Positions 42,531 to 53,902 of a DNA stretch of 64,000 nucleotides are shown here, in pieces. Source of the DNA: Eledone cirrhosa (taxonomy: Eukaryota). The translations under genes and the position numbers were made by a program. The notes beneath the pieces were generated by a model, which did no database searches, had not been told where the DNA came from, and saw only the letters and a program-made list of their open reading frames with translations. The stretch's first letter is position 1. The number at the start of each line of letters is the position of its first letter. The stretch lies in assembly GCA_964016885.1 (NCBI GenBank), contig OZ024742.1, forward strand, positions 49,414,001-49,478,000, in the 5' to 3' direction.

Positions 42531-44948
42531 CTTTTTCCAATTCTGCCAATCAAACACCCTTGTAAGTGTTGTAATGTTGAGTGAAAGAACCATAAAGCCA
42601 TTCAGAAATATATATGCCTCCTTGTTAAATAGGGTGAAATACCTATAATTTCAACTAAATGTGTGATGAAATCCTAGATGAAAGCTGTTGAATATACGCA
42701 CTTATATATATAAATAAAAAAACATATTTCTATGTGCTACTTAATCTTTTTAAATGGATAATTTTCTTTCATAACATTTTATTTTTAATTAATTTTTTAT
42801 TTACCTTTTTAAATGTATTTGAATGTTATACATACATTTAAAAAGTATTTTAAGTCTTCTTCATTTCTAAAATATTATGAACTATAATTTTCTTGAATTT
42901 CATTTAAACATATACTTTATGCTATTTTGTTTCTCTCAAGCATTCAAGCTGTTTCTGATTTTTCTTTTTAAAATATTTATATGGAATTCATCTTAGTCTA
43001 AGAGAATTCCTTTTTTATTATCTAACTTTATTTTGACTTGTATATATGGTTTTGTAGTGTAATAAAGTCAACAGCGAAATACATAAGATATTTATCTTTC
43101 TATCTATTTGATGTCTGTCTGTTTGCCTGCCCATCCATCCATCCATTCATCCATCTTAACCCATCCATCTATTTATCTGGCATAGGTTGTTCTGTGTATT
43201 TTAGCAGATTTGATTTAAAGGAGACAGATGAATAACAACTGTTTTGTATGAAAGGCAGACTATATTAGGAATATGTAAGATGCGCAATGACTGAAGGGAA
43301 AAGAGCTGAATGTGCACATGACATGACAGATGAATAAACTTGTACAGAGAAATTCTGTATAGTTAGCGATATTGTATAGTATAATGTAACTTTTGCTAAA
43401 ATGAAGAAAAGTGTGTGTATACATGTGTAAAGAGGCTGTACCTAAGTATCTATGTTTTATCACATAACGCATATGTGTGTGTAAAGAGGTGACACATATG
43501 TATCTATGCCTCATATGTAATCACATAAACTATATGTGTATGTGTGCATAATATATATATATATATATAATGTATGTGTGGATGTAAAGATAAAGCACAT
43601 GTATATCTATGCTACATATAATCACATAAGCTATGTGTGCATATATGTGTGTTGATAGTTTCATTGGCATCATCAGCAAATATGTAGATTATCAATGAAC
43701 CACATCAGCCTCTTTTGTTATTCCACATACAGAGAAGAGAAACTTTCAAATGCTGTGTACTGTCTGAATCAATAACTTTACTGTATCACTATTTTGTGCT
43801 TCTAGCCCATTCCTCCATTTTCCTTCTCTCTTTCTGTACATACATATATATATATATTTATTCATTTTATCATTGTATGTATATCAGTGCATATTGCTCA
43901 AATTTCTCCCATTTCCTAATCTTTCTATCTGTCTCCAAACTTTGCAATATTTCTAGGTTTTTCTTACAATTTGAGTTATTAATTAAACATTCAACTCTGC
44001 ATGGGAACAGACACATTTACAACTCTTCACTCAGCATAAGAACACACACCATAAATTCTTCAGTCCGTATGGGAACACACACATTCTCAAACTCTTCAGT
44101 CTATATATGAACATATAAATACTCAAACACATCCACAAACACTTTAGTCTGTATAGGAACATACACATACATGCAGATGTCAACAAACTCTACAGTCTGT
44201 GTGGAAACATGCACGTACATACACATCCACAAACTCTTCAGTCTAGATGGGAACACACACACACACACATGCACAAACATAAATTATGACACCCACCCAT
44301 GCACACACACACACACACACACACACAGAGGAAGATATAAAGATAGTGTACGTCAATCAGAACATCAAAATAGATTTTCTGGGTAGGAACATGTCAGTAG
44401 GATTGACCACCTCATACCACACACACCCACAGCATTCCATGCATATAGTACTTATTTGATTGACTTCAATAAGATGAAAGGCAAATATTAATCATCAATA
44501 AGATTTAAGTTTGGAATATAATGTACAAGACAAAACTAAATGTTAAATATAATTCATTTTGCCTGATTCTTCATAGTATCTTCTACTTCTCTCCACTTAC
44601 ATATGGACTCATGTACATGTAAATACAGACTCTTATCTTTCACTGTGTATTATTCTGCATTATGTGTATGCAGCATGTGCATGTCAGAATGAAGTTATCT
44701 TCCTGGTGAGAAGCAGATAGGCTTCATGTTTGTTCTTTTCTCAGGAAACACAAGTTCTATACACAGTTCCACTGACAAACATTTTGAAACCAATTTCTCC
44801 TACTAGGATGAGGATGATTGCATGAGATATTAGTGTGAATGTACAAACCTATATATATATATATATAATGGAGGAATTGTGGTAAGGAACCACATGGACC
44901 ATAACGCACAAGAGTACTCAATACTTAGGGTAGTAGAGTGGGTAATAG

Positions 44949-45022
44949 GAGAAGGTATGACCCCGACGGAAGAAATAGCAGTCGAAACGGCTTGAGCTCT
45001 GCCGTTGGGGTCATACTTTCTC
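44949..45022. repeat. GC-richer hairpin (~25-bp arms)
   Basis: GAGAAGGTATGACCCCGACGGAAG / CTGCCGTTGGGGTCATACTTTCTC. Confidence 0.75.
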
Positions 45023-45060
<38 letters not shown>

Positions 45061-45403
45061 GTGTGTGTGTGTATGTGGCTGTGTGTGTGTGTGGCTGTGT
45101 TTCTGTGTATAGAAAATGAATATCTAAGCAGCTAGTTTTATTTCATTACATATTAAAACTACATTTGAATATTTTATTAATTTCCTGTTACATTTGTCAA
45201 GTGTTAATTTTAACCCATTTGGATATTTCTGTACATCATTTTGTGTGTGTGTGTGTGTGTGCATATATGAGGCATCTGTTTGTATCTGTTCTTCCATGTA
45301 ACACATGTTATTAAATGTGTGATTGTGAATAACTATTATATTTATATGTTTGTGTGTGAACCTACATATATGACAGGTTATTTACTATATATGCATATAT
45401 ATA

Positions 45404-45461
45404 TAAATGTAAGTATGTATGTATACGTACATACATATATGTATACAGACGTACAGTAGCA

Positions 45462-45505
<44 letters not shown>

Positions 45506-45934
45506 CAGGTACACATACATATATGCACGCATCAGTTTAGCGGACGCTTATTATAATGCCGCTTTGTTCGTTTGTCAACAAACTGAACAGCCTGAATTTA
45601 TGCCATACGGTGTTAAGGCAACCACGTCACGTTTTTGTTCAACACTGACACAGGAACGATGTACTAGTTTCAAGCTTGTTAGCTATCATCAGCACCGTTT
45701 ACCCATCTGCCAGATAGTTGAACGTTCGAAAGTATATACATTCCTTATGAAAATTAACGGCTGAGCAGCCTAATTTGCATATTGAATGAGTTAAATCGGT
45801 CAGGCATACCGAAAACGATAAGTTGAAAAAAAATGAAAACGAAATTTCATTTCTCACTCTTAGTATGGCACTTACTTAAATGTAAGTATGCATGTATACG
45901 TACATACATATATGTATACAGACGTACAGTAGCA

Positions 45935-45980
<46 letters not shown>

Positions 45981-46169
45981 CAGGTACACATACATATATG
46001 CACGCATCAGTTTAGCGGACACTTATTATAACGCCGCTTTGTTCGTTTGTCAACAAACTGAACAGCCTGAATTTATGCCATACGGTGTTAAGGCAACCAC
46101 GTCACGAACAAAGCGGCGTTATAATAAGCGTCCGCTAGACTGATTCGTGCATATATGTATGTGTACCTG

Positions 46170-46200
<31 letters not shown>

Positions 46201-46312
46201 GCATGCTACTGTACGTCTGTATACATATATGTATGTACGTATACATACATACTTACATTTAAGTAAGTGCCATACTAAGAGTGAGAAATGAAATTTCGTT
46301 TTCATTTTTTTT

Positions 46313-46316
<4 letters not shown>
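45404..46316 (-). mobile_element. Non-coding Penelope-like/retrozyme-like element: partial tandem ~473-bp units plus an inverted copy
   Basis: 45404-45631 is repeated at 45877-46106, and 46104-46316 is the inverse of about 45822-46047. It contains a hammerhead ribozyme. Confidence 0.75.
45655..45699 (-). ncRNA. Minimal type I hammerhead ribozyme
   Basis: Minus strand AACGGUG-CUGAUGA-uAGCU aaca AGCUu-GAAA-CUAG-UA-CAUCGUU. It has a canonical core, a 7-bp helix I, a palindromic helix III (ACUAGU) and a GUA cleavage triplet. Confidence 0.85.
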
Positions 46317-46343
<27 letters not shown>

Positions 46344-46600
46344 AGTGTGTTTGTGCGTATGTGTAATGTATGCATGCATATATGACTACATATATGACAG
46401 GTTCTTTACTGTATATATATTTGCCTATGTGTATAATGTATGCATGTATGTATGCATGTATTTATGCATGTATGTCCTTTTTTTTAAATGTCTTACCAAT
46501 AGAGGCAATTTCTAAAAGAGAAATGACTCGTTCATTGGAATTTAGGCAATACCAAATAAGTTATTATGTAAGTTCCTGTATATGCATGTGTGTTTGTGTA

Positions 46601-46880
46601 TGATGTATTGTTTCCTTGAGCAAGACACTTTATTTCACATTTCTCCAGTTTACTCAGCTGTAGAAATGAGATGATAGGGACTGGGGTCCATATCATTCCA
46701 CTGCAAATTGGTCGTGGAGGTGCCATAGCAAAAAAGCACCCAGCACTCACTGTAAAATGAGGTTGGTGTTAGGAAGGGCATCCAGCTGTAGAAATCAAGC
46801 CAGCATCCGTTCCCGTCCCACCCTTGCAAGCAGGGGAAAGGCGGACGTAAAATGAAATGATGATGATGATGATGATGATG
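46601..46880 (+). mobile_element. SINE family A, 5'-truncated
   Basis: CORE-like body, RTE tail and (GAT)n. Confidence 0.85.
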
Positions 46881-47635
46881 AAGTGAGTGTATATATGGCT
46901 GTCCAGTGTTTGTGTGTTTGCGTGTGTAGGTGTGTGAGCTTGCAGGTATGGATGTCATTGTATGTGTGGATGTTGTTGCATGTGTGGATGTGCATGATTT
47001 AAATTATATGTGCACCTAAATGTATTTTCCTATATCTATGAGTATATAGATTTATTACATGCTAAATATCTCTATGTATGTATCATGTGTGCATGTATAT
47101 TTTTATGTATGTATGTGCATGGTGGAATATGTCAGACACCAAGTAGTTTTTGTTATCTATGTAACTAGATAGTGTATATCTGTCAGTGATTGAGCATGTA
47201 ATCATTTGTTGTCTGCAACAGCACTGTGACGTGGCGAGCATGACCCGCCACTAAATAGGGTCACTGCGCCCCCTTGTCTCACCCGAGGCATTGTATTCCA
47301 GAAGAGGCGGAAGAACCATTTGGTCAACGGCTCGAATGGAACTTCGGGAGCATTGGGACCCCGGTTTGGTTAGCGACCAAACAAAGGTGTATGAACTGGT
47401 CTACTGGTCATCATCTCCCAATGGGTGCGGCTCCCTGATCTCGCTCTGCTGTGTCTCCCCCTATAGTCTTAAAAATTTATTTATGAATATTAGCTAGCAG
47501 ATCCTAACCTCACTTCTAACCAAGTCATTTTTGATGGGGATCCCCTACTAGATTACAAAATACCAGCTTCTCTGAGAATATTTCCTACAAGTTGGTCCAT
47601 ACACATTCACACACACACACACACATATATATATA

Positions 47636-48490
47636 TGCTAGCTAATATTCTTAAATAAATTTTTAAGACTATAGGGGGTGGCAGAAGTTCTTGCTAGGCC
47701 TATGGATAGGTTTATGGGTGTGTGTACGTAGATTTAGATTGAAGTCTAAGAATTGAGGTTGGTGGATATGGTGAGTTTTAAACCTAGTTCCCTAAAAGTA
47801 GTGATTAACTCTTTCCTAAATTTATCGAGATCGTGGCATTTTTTATGGTTCGTGAGGGCCAGAGCATCATCACAGTATAAACGCGACAAGAAATCCGGAA
47901 ATTTTGTGTGTAACGTATTCAGCATAAAAAGTCCCACCAAATCAAAAATATCCCCACTGTTAAACAATCCCATAAGAACACCAAAGCAGGCGTTTCTTGC
48001 AGATCTCTTTATTTAAACCTCCCTCTTGTTGAAGAGGAGGGTTTTATGGCAGTGACACACTAACAGTTAGTCTAAGTTATGTATATCACTATATCTACTT
48101 GCAAGGTCCAGGGCTTTATTGAGTTAGTCACTGGACATTGATGAGTAAAATTCCATGATATAAAAGCTCTATCCATATGCTTAATTGAGTTAAACCAATC
48201 TAGCCCCAATTGGCTATTTCCCCATTGGTTAAGCTTACATTGTTTATTAATATTCCTATTCAATTTTCTAAGGAAGTTTTTGCTGACTAGGCCTAATTCT
48301 GTCTTGGCGAGGTTAATGAGTCTTCATGTCGGATTCATCCTGAAGTCATTCTTATAGTCCTTATGAGTTACATAAGCCTTCCTCTTCACTAGACATTCTA
48401 ATCTATTTTCTATCCACATAGTAGTGACGATGTATTTAGCTACATCGTTAATAGTCATATGTGGAGGGATCAGCTTTCCTATATTTACAT
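47636..48490 (-). pseudogene. Penelope-like element reverse transcriptase remnant
   Basis: Frameshifted minus-strand peptides KAYVTHKDYKNDFRMNPT.RLINLAKTELG, KLNQWGNSQLGLDWFNSI and MGLFNSGDIFDLVGLFML...LYCDDAL...RKELITTFRELGLKLTISTNL match PLE RT motifs (FITLKDHK..RLINPAKSE.G; MGS.DGAE.CELVG; GLYRDDGL). Confidence 0.8.
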
Positions 48491-48530
48491 TGTATTGACT
48501 TGTGTTTACTTAAAAAGGAAAACACTGAAC

Positions 48531-48773
48531 AATAGGGAAGAAAGAAGAGCCCCAAATTAAGGGCAGATAATCTAATGTTTCTGAGAACCTTTTAAAGCAC
48601 TGGCTTTCTTAATATTGATTTATATATTTCCCCCAATAATCATTCCTATCTCTCGATTTTTTCTAGCCACTCACAATTATTAGTTAATTTAGCATTTGTT
48701 CAGTCACATTATCTCCCCTAGACCATCCAGATTAACTGACCTTGATTTGGGGCTCTTCTCTCTTTCCCCATTT
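48531..48773. mobile_element. MITE-like foldback with ~50-bp TIRs
   Basis: GGGAAGAAAGAAGAGCCCCAAATTAAGGGCAGATAATCT / AGATTAACTGACCTTGATTTGGGGCTCTTCTCTCTTTCCC. Confidence 0.6.
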
Positions 48774-49206
48774 TTCTCTATTTTCCTTTTTGAGTAAACA
48801 TTTTCTGGCTCCCTTCCACCAACACAGGTTGAACAAGGACTAAGGAAACGTACCTACGTGGTATGCGGCCGTTGTAGTAACTGGCCTTTATAATTAAATT
48901 CAAACTCATCCTATATATTGTGTGCCCAAACACAGCACTTTCAAAAACATTCCTACATTTCATATCTTCCCTATATCCAAGATCTAATTCCATGTAATTT
49001 TACCTCTTCCCTAACTTGAAATCAAAAGTGAAGGGTTATCATTTTGGGACTGTGGAAAACATACAAAAAACATTGTGTGACCTCCCATGGATCGTATTTT
49101 GAAGGAAATATCTTGTAATTTTATGAATATCAAATGTACATTTACATAAAATATCAGTACTCTTACTTTTGGGACATATATATATATATTTATACACACA
49201 CACACA

Positions 49207-49240
<34 letters not shown>

Positions 49241-49247
<7 letters not shown>

Positions 49248-49630
49248 GTTTGTAGTTGTAATGGCAAAACAGTGCAGGTATGGATATAGAATATAAATGC
49301 AAATGCAAAAAATATTGTTGACAATTACTCTTTTACCTTAAATTTATTTAAATATCCTTGATTTTCAAGATAATATCTCTTTTTCGGAGGGAAGTAAAGT
49401 TGTTAAACCAGCGTTCTAAATGGCTTGCCAAGTCATGCCTTGGCAAGCTATTTAGAACGCTGGTTTAACTACCTTACTTCCCTCCGATGAAGAGATATTA
49501 TCTCGAAAATTAAGGATATTTAAATAAATTCAAGGCAAAAGACTAATTGTCAACAATATCTTTTGCATTTGCATTTATATTCTATATCCATACCTGCATT
49601 GTTTTGGCCTTACAACGACAAACGTTTATA
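49241..49630. mobile_element. ~390-bp palindrome (6-nt loop); probable Penelope-like pLTR foldback
   Basis: Arms 49241-49432 and 49439-49630 are diverged reverse complements. The right arm has hammerhead-like CCGATGA-AGAGATATTATCTC-GAAA-AT-TA. Confidence 0.7.
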
Positions 49631-50412
49631 CCTCATTACACAATGCTTCAAGTGAACTATAACTTCCTCCGATATATATATATATAGATATATACACACA
49701 CAAATATATATATAACTTTGACTTTGAGAACTTTGATAAGTATTGGCCCAGGCCATGTCTAACTTAATAGCACCACCTGGCAAAGTCTTTCAAATCAAGA
49801 TTTGGATACCATGGCCCACTCAAGTAGAGAGTTATTGTTTACAGAGACATATCCTGGTGTAGGAGGTTTAGATGGGATTTCTTGCAGGAATTTGTCCAAA
49901 GAATTCTTGAACTTTATGGGGTCAGTTTTAATGTGGTCTTGTTGAGAAGACTGGATCCAGTCCTCTCAAAAAGAAAGATGAACAAACTCACTTCAACACT
50001 TAATTTTAAATTTTAAATTTTTAATATTTGATTCTTTTTAATTCTTTTTAATTGTAATACTCAACATTTGATAAGATGGATTTCACTGATACGTCGAAAC
50101 CGGTAATATTTTATATACATTATAAAACTGTTTTTTAAAAGAATTGTCCCTCTCATTTTTTCGATAATGTCAATTTGACGAATCAAAGAAGGAAAAAAAA
50201 GAAAAACAGATCCTTAAATATATTTTCTATGCTAGTCCCAATTTCATCTTTTCTCTATAACCACTGTTTTGTATAGAACTTTACTCCCCTTTAAACTATA
50301 AATATATATATACATGTGATTTTTCCTTACATCTCTTCTTTCCATGATATCCGGAATACATTGAGTTCTTCATACGGATTGGACACTACCGTAAACTCTT
50401 GGTAGATTTATC

Positions 50413-50481
<69 letters not shown>

Positions 50482-50483
<2 letters not shown>

Positions 50484-50484
50484 G

Positions 50485-50518
<34 letters not shown>

Positions 50519-53502
50519 AAACAGAAATGCTTGAACGTAAGGAGGTCGATGTCTGTTGTATTCAAGAGACCAGGTGGAGGGGTGGGTCTGCTAGGTTCAT
50601 TGAGGGTAAAAAACGATGTTATAAGCTTTTCTGGGTGGGAAATGACGATGGGCTGGGTGGAGTAGGAATCATGGTAGCAGAAAAGTGGGCAGATAAGATA
50701 ATAGACGTAAATAGAGTGAACGACAGAATAATTAAAATACGACTTGTCCTCAATAGAACTACGGTGACAGTAATATCTGTGTACGCACCCCAATCCGGAC
50801 TGCCCGGCACTATAAAAGACAGATTCTATGAGACACTGATGCTAACTACCTCCCAAATATCCGACAGTGACTATATAATTATCGCAGGCGACCTAAATGG
50901 TCACGTTGGACAACATTGTGACGGCTACGACGAAATCCATGGAGGCTATGGGTTTGGTACTAGAAATGAGGAAGGCTCCAGAATCCTGGAATTCTGTGAT
51001 GCAAATAACCTAACTATCTGTAACACTAACTTCAAAAAACGTGACAATCACCTGATCACCTATAGATCCGGGGAACACACAAGCCAGGTAGATTATATCC
51101 TTACCAGAAGACGTGACAGAGTGTCTGTTGTTAACACTAAATCCCTCCCCCATGAAGAATGCACCTCCCAACATAGACTGTTAATTAGCGACCTCATAGT
51201 CAGGACGAGACGTACTCGACAACAGAAGAGGACTATCCTCAGGAGGAAAATATGGAAGCTAAAGGACCCCACAGCCAGGAATAAATTTCAAAGCATATTA
51301 CTTGATGCTTTCGACAGTAAGGAAGAACATTTAGAGTCGGACAATATAGAGGGAGAGTGGGAATTTCTGAAAGCAAACCTGCTGTTGGCGACAGACGAGG
51401 TCTGTGGCTGGAGCAGGCCTGTAGGCAGGAGGAGAGTAACATGGTGGTGGAACAGTAAGGTGGAGGGGTCAATTAAGGCCAAAAAGCAGGCTTGGAAAGT
51501 ATGGCGGGATGGGGGAAGTAGAGAGGACTATCAAGTGGCCAGGAGGGAAGCTAGGAGACAAGTGTACTTAGCAAGAAGGGAAGCTGAGGAAAGAAAGTTC
51601 AAGCATGTTCTACAACGCGATGACCAAAAACGTGAGGTGTTCAGGATTGCTAGGCAATGCGTCAAGGAAAACCGTGATATTGTCGGGGAGAAGTGTGTAC
51701 TAAACGACGATGGCACACTTGCCATCACCGACGCTGATAAGAAGGTAGCTTGGAAGTGTCACTATGAAAGGCTTCTAAATGAGGAGAATAATTGGGAGAA
51801 AGGCAGTCTCCCCCATATCGACCCAATAGAGGGACCAGCAGTGTTAGTCGAGGGGAGTATAATAAGTAAGGCAATCAAGGATATGAAGACTGGTAAGGCG
51901 GCTGGGCCTTCGGAAATAGTTGCTGAGATGCTGAAGGCATCTGGCACGGTGGGACACACCATGGTCACCCGCATAGTTAACCAAGTCGTACAGAATGGGG
52001 TTGTTCCGAAGGACTGGCATAGCAGCATCATCGTTAACTGTTATAAGGGTAAAGGAGACGCCCTAGATAGGAGTAACTATAGAGGCATTAAATTAATCGA
52101 CCAGGTCATGAAGGTCACGGAAAGAGTAATAGCGCAACTAATCAGAGAGAGAATTGACCTAGATGAAATGCAGTTCGGGTTTGTGTCAGGCAAAAGTACC
52201 ACAGACGCTCTTTTCATAGTACGACAACTACAGGAGAAGTACCTAGCTAAAGGTAAACCCCTCTACTTAGCTTTTGTCGACTTGGAGAAAGCCTTCGACA
52301 GAGTCCCCCGCTCCATTATCTGGTGGGCTCTTAGAAAACTAGGCGTTGACGAATGGCTTGTGAGGGCTATACAAGCCATGTATAAAGAAACAGCCAGCAA
52401 GGTTAGAATTAACAACGAATATAGTGAAGAGTTTAGCGTAAAAGTTGGCGTCCATCAGGGCTCTGTTCTCAGTCCACTACTATTTATTATTGCCCTTCAG
52501 GCTATAACAGAGGAGTTCAAGACAGGCTGCCCATGGGAACTCCTATACGCAGACGACCTGACACTCATAGCGGAATCAATGGCCGAGCTAGAGAAGAAAT
52601 TCCAAACATGGAAGCACGGCCTAGAGTCAAAAGGACTTAAAATTAACCTGGCTAAGACCAAAGTACTAGTTTGTAGGAAAGAAAACAAGGCGGCGGTCCC
52701 TTCTGGGAAATGGTCGTGCTCGGTGTGTAGGAAAGGCGTAGGTAGAAACTCCATTTTATGTCCTAAATGCAAAGTATGGGTGCATAAAAGATGTAGTGGG
52801 ATCACAGGTAAGCTAACTAAGAACATAGATTTTACATGTGGCCGGTGCTCTGGTGCAATAAGTAGCAGCAAGTGCCCACAAACTACTAGCTCTTTCAATT
52901 GCGCAGAGGGTTCTATAGAAATAGTGGACAGCTTCCGTTACCTGGGCGATAAAATCAGCAGTGGGGGAGGGTGCTCTGAAAGTACTGTAGCTAGAGTCAG
53001 AACTGGTTGGAAAAAGTTCAGAGAGCTTATACCACTATTAGCTGCTAAAGGGTTCTCACTAAAAATGAAAGGCAGGTTGTACGATGCCTGCATACGAACA
53101 GCAATGCTGCATGGCAGTGAGACCTGGGCATTGTGTGCAGAGGATATACGCAGACTAGAGAGGAACGAAGCTTGCATGCTCCGCTGGATGTGTAACAGTA
53201 ATATACGTGAACGGCAAAGCATAAACGAACTAAGGAAAAAATTAGAGATAAGAGGGATCAGATGTTGTTTACTCGAGAGAAGGCTACGTTGGTATGGACA
53301 CGTGATGCGCATGAAAGTCGATAGCTGTATAACAAAGTGCAGGGCAATAAAGATAGACGGTAGTCACGGAATAGGCAGACCTAGAAAAACCTGGGACGAG
53401 CTGATAAACTCCGACATCACACACTTACACCTCTCCAAGACAATGTCACTGGACCGAGACCTTTGGCGGTACTCAGTAACAGAGAAGACCCGCCTTACCT
53501 AA
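50482..53502 (+). CDS. RTE-clade LINE ORF: APE endonuclease + reverse transcriptase with inserted PHD-type finger (slightly 5'-truncated)
   Basis: APE motifs IQETRW, SVYAPQ, GDLNGH, QVDYIL and SQHRL. RT motifs YRGIKL, QFGF, FVDLEKAFD, GVHQGSVLSPLLF, YADD and FRYLG. RTE C-terminus RRLRWYGHVMR and GRPRKTW. Real homology starts at about 50524; the MYIYIY start is microsatellite. Confidence 0.95.
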
Positions 53503-53902
53503 ATATATAGTAAAACCTACTCCAGCCAGTAGGCATCTCTAACAAAATACACCCCGTCCCACCACCACCACCCCCACCCGATCCACACCACCCCGTTCTA
53601 TGTAAAGTTATGTTGGTGCCGCGCCATCGAGGCCGAAACAAATGAGATCGTGTAGGTGTCACGACAAAAAAACACACAGTCCACGCTGTAATGTGGCCGT
53701 GTAGGCAACACGGTAAAAACCTCCCAGACCCACACTGTAAATGTGGTTGGTGTTAGGAAGGGCATCCAACTGTAGAAAACCTGCCAGACAGTCCTATGCG
53801 AGCAAGACAATCACTCTTGCCTCAAGTGGGACTACCCCCGTCCAAACCCATGCAAGCGTGGAACACGGACGTTAAACGTTGATGATGATGATGATGATGA
53901 TA
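50522..53902 (+). mobile_element. RTE LINE, ORF plus 3' UTR ending in (GAT)n
   Basis: Uninterrupted ORF, ~400-nt UTR with a terminal stem-loop, and a (GAT)n tail. Confidence 0.95.
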
